Origin: a virus
Lineage: Duplodnaviria > Heunggongvirae > Uroviricota > Caudoviricetes
Strand: one strand, 5' to 3'
Virus record (IMG/VR): IMGVR_UViG_3300046642_001000
Coordinates: 103,935-167,934 of that record
Length of the DNA stretch: 64,000 bases
The stretch's first letter is position 1. Each line of letters opens with the position of its first letter. The translations under genes and the position numbers were made by a program. Under the pieces are notes generated by a model. That model ran no database searches. It worked only from the letters and a program-made list of their open reading frames with translations, and was not told the DNA's origin. This document shows, piece by piece, positions 36,760 to 45,669 of this stretch.

Positions 36760-37116
36760 ATGGCACGTAAGAAAGAATCCGTTCGCTTCCTCGTCACCGA
36801 CGGTGTGAAGCCGAACCGCGTAGGACCCGCCCGCGTCTTCAATCTGAAGGCGCCCATCGTCCTGAACATCCCTGCGGGGGCGTCGGTGAGGGTCCCTCTC
36901 GGGGTAAGCTGCAACTACCCCCTCCAGGTCTTCGGGACCCGTGGGTGTCTGCAGAGGGGTCTGACGGTGCTGGAGCCGAACGGTCCGACGTTGGACGCCG
37001 ACACGGACCTGGTCCTCATCGTGAAGAACACGGGCAAGGAGACCCAGCTCATCGAGCAGAGCGACGTCCTGGCCCGCGCCTTCGTGCTGGACAACAACGA
37101 CCTCGAGCTGGAGTGA
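36760..37116 (+). CDS. dUTPase/dCTP-deaminase-fold protein (tentative)
   Basis: PTLDADTDLVLIVKNTG resembles the dUTPase G.IDADYRGE..V.L.N motif; short at 118 aa. Confidence 0.4.
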   Translation: MARKKESVRFLVTDGVKPNRVGPARVFNLKAPIVLNIPAGASVRVPLGVSCNYPLQVFGTRGCLQRGLTVLEPNGPTLDADTDLVLIVKNTGKETQLIEQSDVLARAFVLDNNDLELE

Positions 37117-37280
37117 TGCCGACCTGGGCAGTCGTCGTGCTGCTGATCGTCTGGCTACTGGCGATCAACTACAGACAGTGGAGACCCTGATGGAGTTCTT
37201 CGTGATCATGGCCCTCATCGCCCTGCCCATCGCCGGTACCTTCTACGTTCGTAGACGGACCCGGAGACAGGTTCGCTTCT

Positions 37281-37700
37281 ATGAGTCCAACTGATCGGCC
37301 CACCTGGGACGACGTCTGGATGGGGCTGGCTCTCACGCTGTCCCAGCGGTCCACCTGCTCCCGGCTTCAGGTCGGCTGCGTGATCGTCACCGAGGACAAC
37401 CAGCAGGTCCTCGGGGTCGGCTACAACGGAGGTCCCAAGGGGATCTCCAACGACTGCCTCAGCCTGGAACCCGGCCTCTGTGGCCATCTCCACGCCGAGG
37501 TGAACGCCCTCATCAAGGCCAACTACACCAGCGTCGCGAAGAAGAAGATGTACGTGACCACCCAGCCCTGCTACCAGTGCGCCGTGGCCATCGTCAACGC
37601 GAACATCTCCGAGGTCGTCTACCAGAAGCCGTACCGGCTGACGGACGGTCTGGAACTGCTTGCCACAGCAGGTATCAAAATCCGTAAGCTGGACGGGTAA
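37281..37700 (+). CDS. dCMP deaminase
   Basis: zinc ligands HAEVNAL ... PCYQCA of the cytidine/dCMP deaminase family. Confidence 0.8.
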   Translation: MSPTDRPTWDDVWMGLALTLSQRSTCSRLQVGCVIVTEDNQQVLGVGYNGGPKGISNDCLSLEPGLCGHLHAEVNALIKANYTSVAKKKMYVTTQPCYQCAVAIVNANISEVVYQKPYRLTDGLELLATAGIKIRKLDG

Positions 37701-37745
37701 AACCGGCTGCAGCTTCCTATTTAGACCTGAGGAGCATCGCAAGCC

Positions 37746-38222
37746 ATGAAGAAGACAATCACTCTCCCCGACGGATCCGTAGAGGTAGTCGAGGGAACCG
37801 CCGAAGAGATCGCCAGCTACGAGAAGGCCAGGAAGCACGACACGGCCAACGAGTCCCCGGCCCCGAAGTCCAAGAGGAAGATCCTCCTGACCGAGGAGCA
37901 GAAGGAGCAGTTCCGCCAGCTGATGCGGGACGAGATCCAGAAGCAGCCGGTCCGGTACGAGTTCCACAGCATGTGCGTGGGATGCGCCGTCTGCCAGCCG
38001 TGGCGCTACACCCACCCGATCTGGATCGCCCCGGTCCAGCCGTGGATCGATCCCATCCTGCCGTACGTCGGTGACCCGCTCCCCGGCCAGCACACCATCA
38101 GCTGGACCTCGGACAAGGTCGACCTGCAGCCCATGCTCGACGCCGGCATCAAGCCGTCGGTCGTGGCGGGCGGCGGCATCGGGAACCTTCCCTTCCTCGG
38201 AACCTACTCAAGCCAGGCGTAA
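37746..38222 (+). CDS. hypothetical protein
   Basis: 158-aa ORF. Confidence 0.45.
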   Translation: MKKTITLPDGSVEVVEGTAEEIASYEKARKHDTANESPAPKSKRKILLTEEQKEQFRQLMRDEIQKQPVRYEFHSMCVGCAVCQPWRYTHPIWIAPVQPWIDPILPYVGDPLPGQHTISWTSDKVDLQPMLDAGIKPSVVAGGGIGNLPFLGTYSSQA

Positions 38223-38231
38223 GAGGGATCC

Positions 38232-38570
38232 GTGGACGACAAGAACAAGGATCTCGAACGCCTCAAGAACCCGGTGGCCCTCTCCGAGAAGGAGAAGAAC
38301 ATCCAGCAGGTCCCGTTCCGGATCCATAGGAACGACTACCAGGCGCTGAAGAAGCTGTTGAAGGGGGACAACTGGAAGCTCCAGACCCTGTTCACCGCGG
38401 TGGTCGACGCCTACATGAACCGGGACCCGCTGCTCATCAAGATCCTCGCCGACTGGAAGGAAGAGAACTCCATCCCCAAGCGGGCCAAGGAGAACTACAA
38501 CCTCTCCACCAGAGAGCGCAAGGGAATCCTCGACGAGCTCGAGGACATGGGTGATCTGGAGCACGAGTGA
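38232..38570 (+). CDS. hypothetical protein
   Basis: 112-aa ORF with a GTG start. Confidence 0.45.
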   Translation: MDDKNKDLERLKNPVALSEKEKNIQQVPFRIHRNDYQALKKLLKGDNWKLQTLFTAVVDAYMNRDPLLIKILADWKEENSIPKRAKENYNLSTRERKGILDELEDMGDLEHE

Positions 38571-39154
38571 AGCTGCTAGCTCTCACCTTCTCTCTCCTCC
38601 TCGTCCTGGGATCCTGCGCCTGGGCCGAAGGCACCACCCTTCGGAAGAACAAGTTCGGTCACGATCAAGTCTTCGTCTCTTTCCCCGTCAAGTGGAACTT
38701 CACCTGCGACTTCCCTGAGAAGTTCAAGGCCGACGTCCGCGACGGGTTCCGCTACTGGGACGACATGACGAAGAAGGATCTCTTTCAGGAGGTCCCCTGC
38801 GGCACGATCAAGAAGCCAGACCAGGGGATCGCGGTCGGTTGGTCCATGAAAGAGTACCTCGAAGATGGGGAGAAGGAGAAGGTCGCCGGGACCGCCTACA
38901 TCTTCCCCGGACTCGAGGTCCCCACCGGCGGGGCGATCATGTTCTGGAAGGACTGGCTCACGGAGCGGAACGGGAACATCCGGCGCTCCGTGTCCCGTCA
39001 CGAGGTAGGTCACCTGCTCGGGTTCGAACACAACACCCGCTGGGACTCGTGCCTGATGTACCCGTACGTCAGCACCGATCGCGTCAGCTACGAGGGACAC
39101 GAGAAGCAAGCCTGCTGGTCGGAGTACCGCGCATTCATTCGCAACTATCGCTAA
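38567..39154 (+). CDS. secreted metzincin-type zinc metalloprotease
   Basis: signal peptide / lipobox LLVLGSC; HEVGHLLGFEH (HExxHxxGxxH). Confidence 0.7.
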   Translation: MKLLALTFSLLLVLGSCAWAEGTTLRKNKFGHDQVFVSFPVKWNFTCDFPEKFKADVRDGFRYWDDMTKKDLFQEVPCGTIKKPDQGIAVGWSMKEYLEDGEKEKVAGTAYIFPGLEVPTGGAIMFWKDWLTERNGNIRRSVSRHEVGHLLGFEHNTRWDSCLMYPYVSTDRVSYEGHEKQACWSEYRAFIRNYR

Positions 39155-39170
39155 CACCTGGAACCACTAT

Positions 39171-39181
39171 TTTGGTATAAT
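39171..39181 (+). promoter_or_regulatory. extended -10 promoter TTGGTATAAT
   Basis: 13-nt leader to the ATG at 39195. Confidence 0.4.
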
Positions 39182-39194
39182 AGGACAGGTGAGC

Positions 39195-40019
39195 ATGGAC
39201 ATCAACATCGAAATCTTGGCGCAGCTGAAGCTGTTCAACGAGAACCTGGCGAAGCTGACCGAGGCGTTCAACAAGCACTGCAACCAGACCCACTACGGCC
39301 CGACGTCTCCGCCGCCGGCGAATGTGAAGCCGGTCGCCCAGTTCAAGGAGAAGAAGTACTCCGAGCTAACCGACCAGTTCTCCGAGGCGCTGAACAAGGT
39401 CTATCGGGACAAGTACCTGGTGGACGACAACGCTTTCTTCTCGGCGCTCGGGTTCCCGATGATGGGAGACCAGCTCGACCAGACCCGGATGCAGAAGCTC
39501 GCGGGCATCAAGCCCAGGAAGCCGATGGACATCGACGGAGTCATCCTCGAGTACAAGTACACACCGCCCAAGAACCTCGACCACGTTCCGCTCGATGCTC
39601 AGTTCGGCTACCAAGCGAAGGGCTACGGCTGCAAGGACGCGAAGCAGTGCATGAAGCCGCACCCCCACTACGAGCAGGACTGCGAGTTCCGCTTGCCCTA
39701 CGGCTCCTTCAGCTACGGAGCGGCCATGGAGATCTACCAGTCCAAGGGGATGGAGGGCCTGAAGAAGTACGCCCCGGCCGGTCTCGACGTGGAAGGCTAC
39801 GTCAAGAAGTACGGCACTCACTGGATCGCCCCGTCGATGCCGTACGTCGATCCCGGCGAGTTCGACGACGAAGAGAAGACGGACCCGATGATCAAGCCGG
39901 CCACCACGGACCTCAAGCTCCAGCGGAAGAAGGACGGACTCTGCCCCGAGTGCGGAAAGGCCGGCGAGTGGAAGGCGATGGCGTGTGTCTGCCCCGAGCA
40001 CGGCCGGTACATGGGATGA
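39195..40019 (+). CDS. hypothetical protein
   Basis: 275-aa ORF; an alternative GTG start at 39189. Confidence 0.5.
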   Translation: MDINIEILAQLKLFNENLAKLTEAFNKHCNQTHYGPTSPPPANVKPVAQFKEKKYSELTDQFSEALNKVYRDKYLVDDNAFFSALGFPMMGDQLDQTRMQKLAGIKPRKPMDIDGVILEYKYTPPKNLDHVPLDAQFGYQAKGYGCKDAKQCMKPHPHYEQDCEFRLPYGSFSYGAAMEIYQSKGMEGLKKYAPAGLDVEGYVKKYGTHWIAPSMPYVDPGEFDDEEKTDPMIKPATTDLKLQRKKDGLCPECGKAGEWKAMACVCPEHGRYMG

Positions 40020-40186
40020 GCTGGATCGGCGACTGTTGGTGCTGTCCCGCTCCTCCGCGGGACGAGGGACCTCAAGAGAACGGATCGAACGTCGTGAAGC
40101 ACCGGACCCGCGGTGGTCGTGGGGTGGTCGCTCAGGCGAACTCCAAGGGGAAGCGAGAGCTTCCGAAGAAGAAGAGGAAGCGATGA
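40016..40186 (+). CDS. small basic protein
   Basis: 56-aa Arg/Lys-rich ORF with an ATGA overlap on both sides. Confidence 0.35.
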   Translation: MSWIGDCWCCPAPPRDEGPQENGSNVVKHRTRGGRGVVAQANSKGKRELPKKKRKR

Positions 40187-40494
40187 GAAGCCTGCAGCGG
40201 AACCAGCAGAAGCTGGCCTACGAGAAGTTCAAGAAGCTCTGGCGTGCCGAGAAGCGCTACCAGGCAGGCATCATCGCGAAGCAGGGGAAGCTGCCCGAGG
40301 GAGTCACTCCTCTCAAGCGGCGCCCCACGTTCAAGATGTGGGTCGACATCACCAAGACCTACAAGGCTCAGCAGACGGCAGAGCCGATCGAGGTTCAGGA
40401 GTTCGTCGATGAGACGAGCCTGGAATGGGACGAAGAGGAGGCGTTGCCTCCGGGAGATCCGCCGAGTGATAAAGAGGCCGAGGTTCAAGAGTAG
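40183..40494 (+). CDS. hypothetical protein
   Basis: 103-aa ORF. Confidence 0.45.
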   Translation: MRSLQRNQQKLAYEKFKKLWRAEKRYQAGIIAKQGKLPEGVTPLKRRPTFKMWVDITKTYKAQQTAEPIEVQEFVDETSLEWDEEEALPPGDPPSDKEAEVQE

Positions 40495-40653
40495 CCACAG
40501 CACAAGAAGGATCAAGCTGCGGGCGAGCTGTTCAAGTCGCCAGGACGAAGCGGTAAGCAATGAGGACCGCGACGGACACTACCAGATACCGGGCAAGAAG
40601 TCGAAGAAGGAGCGCAGGCGGATCAGGCGCCGCTTCGAGGGAACGGGGGATGA

Positions 40654-41442
40654 ATGAGAGTATGTCACTTCAGCGACTGGCACAGCGACCGGAACAAGCT
40701 TCCGGCGGCTGACCTGTACGTCTGCACAGGGGACATGTTCCCGAACTTCCCTCTCCTGCAGCTGGAGAACAAGTGGGGGCGTGACAAGAAGCTGTGGCGC
40801 GCCAACATGCACCTCTTCAAAGAGGGGGATGTCGCTCCTCCGGGATGGCCCGTCGGTCGGGAGTTCGATCCCGAGTTCGAGGCGGTGCACCAGAAGCGGT
40901 GGGTCAAGGAGGTTCTCAATTCCTACCGTGACCTCATGCCGGCGGAAAGCCGGGACAACCCGGTCATCTGCGTCCGTGGCAACCACGACTTCGCAGACCT
41001 CTCTGATGCGTTCGGAGGGGACGTGTGGGAGGTCAACCTAGATCCATCCCGGACCACCGTTGTTCACGGCCTGAAGGTCGGTGGGTGCCGTGGCATACCT
41101 CAGATCGTTGGGGAGTGGAGCGACGAGTTCGAGGAGAGCGGGAAGCCGCCGGAGGGTCTCATGATCCGTCCGAACCAGGGGAACTTCGATGAGGTGGTCA
41201 CTCACCTGCCCACCGACATCGAGCTCCTCCTGACCCATGCGCCGCCGTACGGGATGCTGGATGCTGAGGGAAACCACTACGGTTCCCGCGCCGTCCGGAG
41301 CTACATCAACGAGCGGCTCTACGTCTGGGGCAAGGTGCGTGCCCACTTCTTCGGACACGTTCACATGTCCCGAGGGAACCGGAGCGAGGCAGGGATCCTC
41401 TTCAGCAATGCAGCTCGTGGACACTTTGTGTACGAGTTGTGA
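40654..41442 (+). CDS. calcineurin-like metallophosphoesterase
   Basis: GDMF, GNHD and GHVH motifs. Confidence 0.7.
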   Translation: MRVCHFSDWHSDRNKLPAADLYVCTGDMFPNFPLLQLENKWGRDKKLWRANMHLFKEGDVAPPGWPVGREFDPEFEAVHQKRWVKEVLNSYRDLMPAESRDNPVICVRGNHDFADLSDAFGGDVWEVNLDPSRTTVVHGLKVGGCRGIPQIVGEWSDEFEESGKPPEGLMIRPNQGNFDEVVTHLPTDIELLLTHAPPYGMLDAEGNHYGSRAVRSYINERLYVWGKVRAHFFGHVHMSRGNRSEAGILFSNAARGHFVYEL

Positions 41443-41448
41443 TAGAAT
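41438..41448 (+). promoter_or_regulatory. extended -10 promoter TGTGATAGAAT with an embedded stop codon
   Basis: the TGA stop of the phosphoesterase gene forms the TG-n of the motif. Confidence 0.4.
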
Positions 41449-41502
41449 GGTATGTATAGGCACATCTGTTTCCCGGACTCCGGGAAGAAAGGACTGAAGT
41501 AC

Positions 41503-42063
41503 ATGAGAACGATTCTGGCACTGGGGGTCGCCATGCTGATGCTGGCCGGCTGCCCGAACTACGGGGAGGTCAGCTGGGAGCACTGGCCGCCGACTCAGTC
41601 GGAGCCCACTCCGACCGCGACGGTCGCCGATATGTCCACCCCGCAAGCGCCGGGACCGGACATGACGACAGCCCCGACTCCTCCGGACATGGCCGTGGCT
41701 TCGAGCCCCGACATGTCCACCGCACCCGCCGACATGGCCACCACTCCGCCGGACATGACGACCGGTGGGCAGTGCGACCTCGGCCACGCCCCGCCGCCCG
41801 ACATGGCGAAGCGTGACTGCGACGGCGACTGCGACGACTGCAAGCTGAAGTGTCACAAGGATCACGACGACCGAGACAAGGACAACGACGACCACCACAA
41901 GCAGTGCATCGACGGCACCCCCAAGCTCCACGATCCGAACAAGGGGCGGGACTTCTGTGACAGAGAAGACCACGACCGGCGCAAGCACTGCCAGGACCAG
42001 GACAACGACTGCGTCCTGAAGTGCAAGAAGGACAAGGACGACTGCCACAAGGGGGGCAACTAA
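41503..42063 (+). CDS. lipoprotein with PDM repeats and a Cys/His/Asp-rich C-terminus
   Basis: lipobox LAGC; PDMTTAPTP-PDMAVASS-PDMSTAPA-DMATTP-PDMTT repeats; the C-terminal 90 aa is rich in Cys, Asp, His and Lys. Confidence 0.55.
   Translation: MRTILALGVAMLMLAGCPNYGEVSWEHWPPTQSEPTPTATVADMSTPQAPGPDMTTAPTPPDMAVASSPDMSTAPADMATTPPDMTTGGQCDLGHAPPPDMAKRDCDGDCDDCKLKCHKDHDDRDKDNDDHHKQCIDGTPKLHDPNKGRDFCDREDHDRRKHCQDQDNDCVLKCKKDKDDCHKGGN
41645..41765 (+). repeat. imperfect tandem repeat encoding PDM(S/T)TAP units
   Basis: CCGGACATG / CCCGACATG recurs five times at a 21-27 nt period. Confidence 0.45.
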
Positions 42064-42064
42064 C

Positions 42065-42871
42065 ATGATCCGCCATATCCTCATCGCAGCACTGCTGGTG
42101 TGCGTGCCCACCCTCGGCCTGACCGCGGAGCACAAGCCCGGCGAGTGCTACCAGAAGACCATCACGGTCTGCGTCCCGAAGAAGAAGAAGGTCATCAAGG
42201 CCCCCGAGGTCGTGGTCACCCCCACGCCCGAGACGGTCATCGTCGCCCCGGCCCCTGAGCCGGTGGTCGTGGAGCGGACCGTCATCAAAACCGTCCCCGG
42301 CCCGACCAAGGTCGTCGAGAAGCCCTGCACCCGGCCCCACGTGACCGAGTGCGAAGCCAAGGACAGCGACCCCCGTTTCGGCATCTACGGCGCCGCAGGC
42401 GTCGGGGTACGTGACCAGTACTACTCGGTGAACCTCGGCATCCAGGTCCGCGTCCCGAAGGCTCACCTCGGCTTCCGGATCTTCAGCGCGATCGATCGTG
42501 GCATCGGGGCCCAGGGCCTGATCTATGTCTACCAGGGCAAGAGGGTCCTGGTCCACGTCGTCGACCCCGGCATCCAGGCGACGGGCACGGTGTTCAGCTA
42601 CAACAACAACACCGACGTCCCCCGCAGCCTGGACATGATCCTCGGCGCCGGTGTGCAGGTCAAGCTCAAGTGCGACCTGGCCCTGCTCATCGACTGGCGT
42701 GTGAACCTCGCCGACCCGGTCTACCTGGCCCAGAACAACGGGGTCCTGGTGTCCACCGGCCCGAACAGCGCCAGGTACCTCGACGCCCCGCACGTGGTCG
42801 GGAACTCGTTCTCCAGCTCCCAGCTGATGCTCGGTCTGCTCTGGGACCTGCCCGTCGGCAAGGGACGGTAG
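42065..42871 (+). CDS. secreted protein, possibly beta-rich
   Basis: signal peptide MIRHILIAALLVCVPTLGLTA; Pro/Val/Thr-rich linker, then alternating hydrophobic pattern. Confidence 0.5.
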   Translation: MIRHILIAALLVCVPTLGLTAEHKPGECYQKTITVCVPKKKKVIKAPEVVVTPTPETVIVAPAPEPVVVERTVIKTVPGPTKVVEKPCTRPHVTECEAKDSDPRFGIYGAAGVGVRDQYYSVNLGIQVRVPKAHLGFRIFSAIDRGIGAQGLIYVYQGKRVLVHVVDPGIQATGTVFSYNNNTDVPRSLDMILGAGVQVKLKCDLALLIDWRVNLADPVYLAQNNGVLVSTGPNSARYLDAPHVVGNSFSSSQLMLGLLWDLPVGKGR

Positions 42872-42875
42872 AGCC

Positions 42876-43139
42876 ATGATGCGCCTACTGGCACTGGTCG
42901 TTCTTCTCGTTGGCTGTGGTGACATGCAGGCGGCACCCCAAGGTGTGGACCTGGCTCGGACGGCTGACCTCTCGGAGCCCTACTCGGGTGACGACTGGCA
43001 GCCGGACGGTGGAGATGTTCCGCAGGGCGGTGGGTATGACCCGTGCCAGTACGCCATCTGCAACAACCCCGACGACCGGGTGAAGTACTCCGACCCGGCT
43101 CCCTTCGTTCCTTCCCTCCCGCTCCCCTTCACTCCTTAG
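42876..43139 (+). CDS. small lipoprotein
   Basis: lipobox LVGC after MMRLLALVVLL. Confidence 0.5.
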   Translation: MMRLLALVVLLVGCGDMQAAPQGVDLARTADLSEPYSGDDWQPDGGDVPQGGGYDPCQYAICNNPDDRVKYSDPAPFVPSLPLPFTP

Positions 43140-43161
43140 CTCCCGACATCAGGAGTTTTCC

Positions 43162-44028
43162 ATGGATCGCGTCGATGACATCTACGGCGACGGTATCGGA
43201 TACGTGCACCTTCTGGACAGCATGGGGGACGAGTTCACTCCCGCCGAGGACGCCCGCACCAGCACCAACAAGGGGCGCCTCGGTCCGGAGAAGGACGCGG
43301 CTCTCCAGGAACGTCTGACCAAGGACGCTCACACCTCCCCGTTCGAGGGGGTGGTGGTCAAGGTGGAGATCATGACCCCGCTCTTCGTCCTCAGGGAGCT
43401 GGACCGCCACCGCACGGTATCGAAGGTCGCCGACGAAGATGTGGAGATCATCACCCCTGAGGAGTCTGGCCGGAAGTGGTTCGCTCGCAACGAGATGAGC
43501 GGCCGCTACGTCCAAATGCCGAACCTCTACTACCACCCGGTCCAGGTTCGCGCCCAGAGCAAGACGAACATGCAGGGCGGCGGACCGATCCAACTGGTGG
43601 ACGACGCGGTGGCTCGGGAGTTCAAGGAGTCTGGCCAGGTTCTCTGTATGATGGCCCGGGACCTCTATGACCGGGCAGTCGCTGCCGGAGTCGAGAAGGG
43701 GATCGCCCGCATCTACAACACCCAGAACCAGTACACCAAGATCAGACTCACAGGAAGCCTCAAGAACTTCTGTGACTTCCTGTACCTCCGGCTACCAGGG
43801 GTGGTGCTGTGGGAGTGTCGGAGAGTCGCCGAGGCGCTCGAGGAGCTGCTGAAGGAAGCTTTCCCCTCTCCCATGGAGCAGTGGCGCAGGAACATCTACG
43901 AAACTGTCCGACTGACCAAGGCCGATCGAGCGGCGCTGGTCGAGATGATGGACGCCTTGGGAGAGTTCGGAGACGAGTCACTGCTTCCGGCAGAGTGGCA
44001 GTCGGCCCTAGCAAAGGTGAGGGGATAG
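43162..44028 (+). CDS. thyX: flavin-dependent thymidylate synthase (ThyX)
   Basis: ThyX signature LDRHRTVSKVADEDVE ... SGRY (RHR-x7-8-S ... SxRY). Confidence 0.75.
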   Translation: MDRVDDIYGDGIGYVHLLDSMGDEFTPAEDARTSTNKGRLGPEKDAALQERLTKDAHTSPFEGVVVKVEIMTPLFVLRELDRHRTVSKVADEDVEIITPEESGRKWFARNEMSGRYVQMPNLYYHPVQVRAQSKTNMQGGGPIQLVDDAVAREFKESGQVLCMMARDLYDRAVAAGVEKGIARIYNTQNQYTKIRLTGSLKNFCDFLYLRLPGVVLWECRRVAEALEELLKEAFPSPMEQWRRNIYETVRLTKADRAALVEMMDALGEFGDESLLPAEWQSALAKVRG

Positions 44029-44036
44029 GTATCGCC

Positions 44037-44696
44037 ATGAATGACAACCTGAACGGCAGTCACCGCAACGGTCCGCAGAACGCTGAGGATGGAGACATCC
44101 TCCCCGAGATCCGGCCCGAGCTGGTGGAAGCTGCCACACAAGCACCGCAGTTCGACAGCACGAACTACATGGCCGAGAACAAGTCTCGGTTCCCGCCGGC
44201 CCCGGGCAAGATCCCGAAGGACGCCCGGCCGGAGGAGCGGATGGCGATGATCGCCACCGGCGCCCCGATCGAACGGGTACGAGAGCTCCAGAGCCTGCCC
44301 AATCCTGGTCTGATCCAGGAGTCGATCGAGAAGCTGGGCACCGCCTTCCTGACGGGGGATCCGGAGATCGACCAGCTCTACGCGGAGTGCATCAAGTGCT
44401 TCGCCGAGAAGGGCGCCGAGTACACGGTCGGTAGCAAGGATCGCCTCGCCAACTTCAGGGGTGTCGCCCAGGACGTGGACGTCCCGATGGAGAAGGTCTG
44501 GTACACCTTCTTCAACAAGCACCTTCGCGCCCTCCAGTCGTACATCAAGAACGGCTGCACCGTGAAGAGCAACGAGCCGATCCGGAGCCGCATCATGGAC
44601 CTGATCGTCTACCTCACCCTCTTCCACAAGATGAGCCTCGAGATCGAGCGGAAGCGCGAAGAGGCGCTCCGGGCAGAACACGGTGTCATCTCGTAG
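44037..44696 (+). CDS. hypothetical protein
   Basis: 219-aa ORF. Confidence 0.5.
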   Translation: MNDNLNGSHRNGPQNAEDGDILPEIRPELVEAATQAPQFDSTNYMAENKSRFPPAPGKIPKDARPEERMAMIATGAPIERVRELQSLPNPGLIQESIEKLGTAFLTGDPEIDQLYAECIKCFAEKGAEYTVGSKDRLANFRGVAQDVDVPMEKVWYTFFNKHLRALQSYIKNGCTVKSNEPIRSRIMDLIVYLTLFHKMSLEIERKREEALRAEHGVIS

Positions 44697-44712
44697 GATC
44701 CTGTAGTATAAT
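44680..44712 (+). promoter_or_regulatory. promoter: TCTCGTAGG element then TGTAGTATAAT
   Basis: shares the TCTCGTAG core with the promoter at 60159; ATG follows 8 nt after the hexamer. Confidence 0.4.
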
Positions 44713-44720
44713 AGGATCAG

Positions 44721-45242
44721 ATGGCACACGCTTGCATGGAGGGTTCGATGGAAGAGACCGAGAAGAAGTGGGAACGACAGCACCGGGAGCAGACCGAGTT
44801 CCTGGCGTCCATCGGGCAGAAGTACCCGCCCTGTGGCTTCTCCATCGGTGACGGCTGGAAAGAGCCGGTCTTCGAAGCCCTACGGAAGGTGGCTGCGATC
44901 GCCAAGGAAGCCGGGCTGGAATGGGAGCTCGCCCAGGTGAAGCAGAAGTTCTGCCAGCTCCGCATCTACATCGACGTGGAGACCCCGGGCGTCACCCGTG
45001 AGAACCACAACTCGGAGACCAATCCCTGGCTCTTCGAGGAGAACCATCCCCTCCACGCCAAGTACGACGAGATCCACGCGGCCATCGGCGTGGCCGAGAG
45101 CGCCTGCAACGTCCGCTGCGAATCATGCGGTGGAGACACCAAGGGCGGCGCGGCCTCGGGCTGGAAGGGCTGCACGGCCTGCAAGGCGGCGGAGAAGCGG
45201 GAGTACGAGAAGAAGTACCCCGGCGAGAAGTGGGAGGACTAG
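44721..45242 (+). CDS. hypothetical protein
   Basis: 173-aa ORF, leaderless-type start. Confidence 0.5.
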   Translation: MAHACMEGSMEETEKKWERQHREQTEFLASIGQKYPPCGFSIGDGWKEPVFEALRKVAAIAKEAGLEWELAQVKQKFCQLRIYIDVETPGVTRENHNSETNPWLFEENHPLHAKYDEIHAAIGVAESACNVRCESCGGDTKGGAASGWKGCTACKAAEKREYEKKYPGEKWED

Positions 45243-45668
45243 ATGCCCTGTCGTGACGACTGGCCTTCGCCCACCGGGGCACAGGCACGCAGCCAAAGAG
45301 CGGCCCAGCTCCTCGTCTCTCTCTACGAGAAGATGGGGAAGCCGGTCACCAGCTCCCTGAAGAACGACGCCAAGGACTGCTACTGCAACACGGACCACGT
45401 GAAGGTCCTGTGCGCGATCCTGAAGGCGATGAGTGAAGGGGAGCGGGACGTCTACCTCTACGATCCACGGGACCGCAAGGCCCGGGCGTTGGCCGACTGG
45501 TGGGAGGACCACCTGGAGTCCGACCGGCAGCGGGAACAGGCGGAGAAGAAGAAGACCCAGCTCAAGAAGCTCCGCCTCAGCGCCTTGAAGAAGCTGACCA
45601 AGGCCGAGATCGTGGCACTGGACATCTCGGAGTACAAGATCATCCAGTGGGAGAAAGAAGAGGAGTAA
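45243..45668 (+). CDS. hypothetical protein
   Basis: 141-aa ORF with a Lys/Glu-rich C-terminus. Confidence 0.5.
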   Translation: MPCRDDWPSPTGAQARSQRAAQLLVSLYEKMGKPVTSSLKNDAKDCYCNTDHVKVLCAILKAMSEGERDVYLYDPRDRKARALADWWEDHLESDRQREQAEKKKTQLKKLRLSALKKLTKAEIVALDISEYKIIQWEKEEE

Positions 45669-45669
45669 C

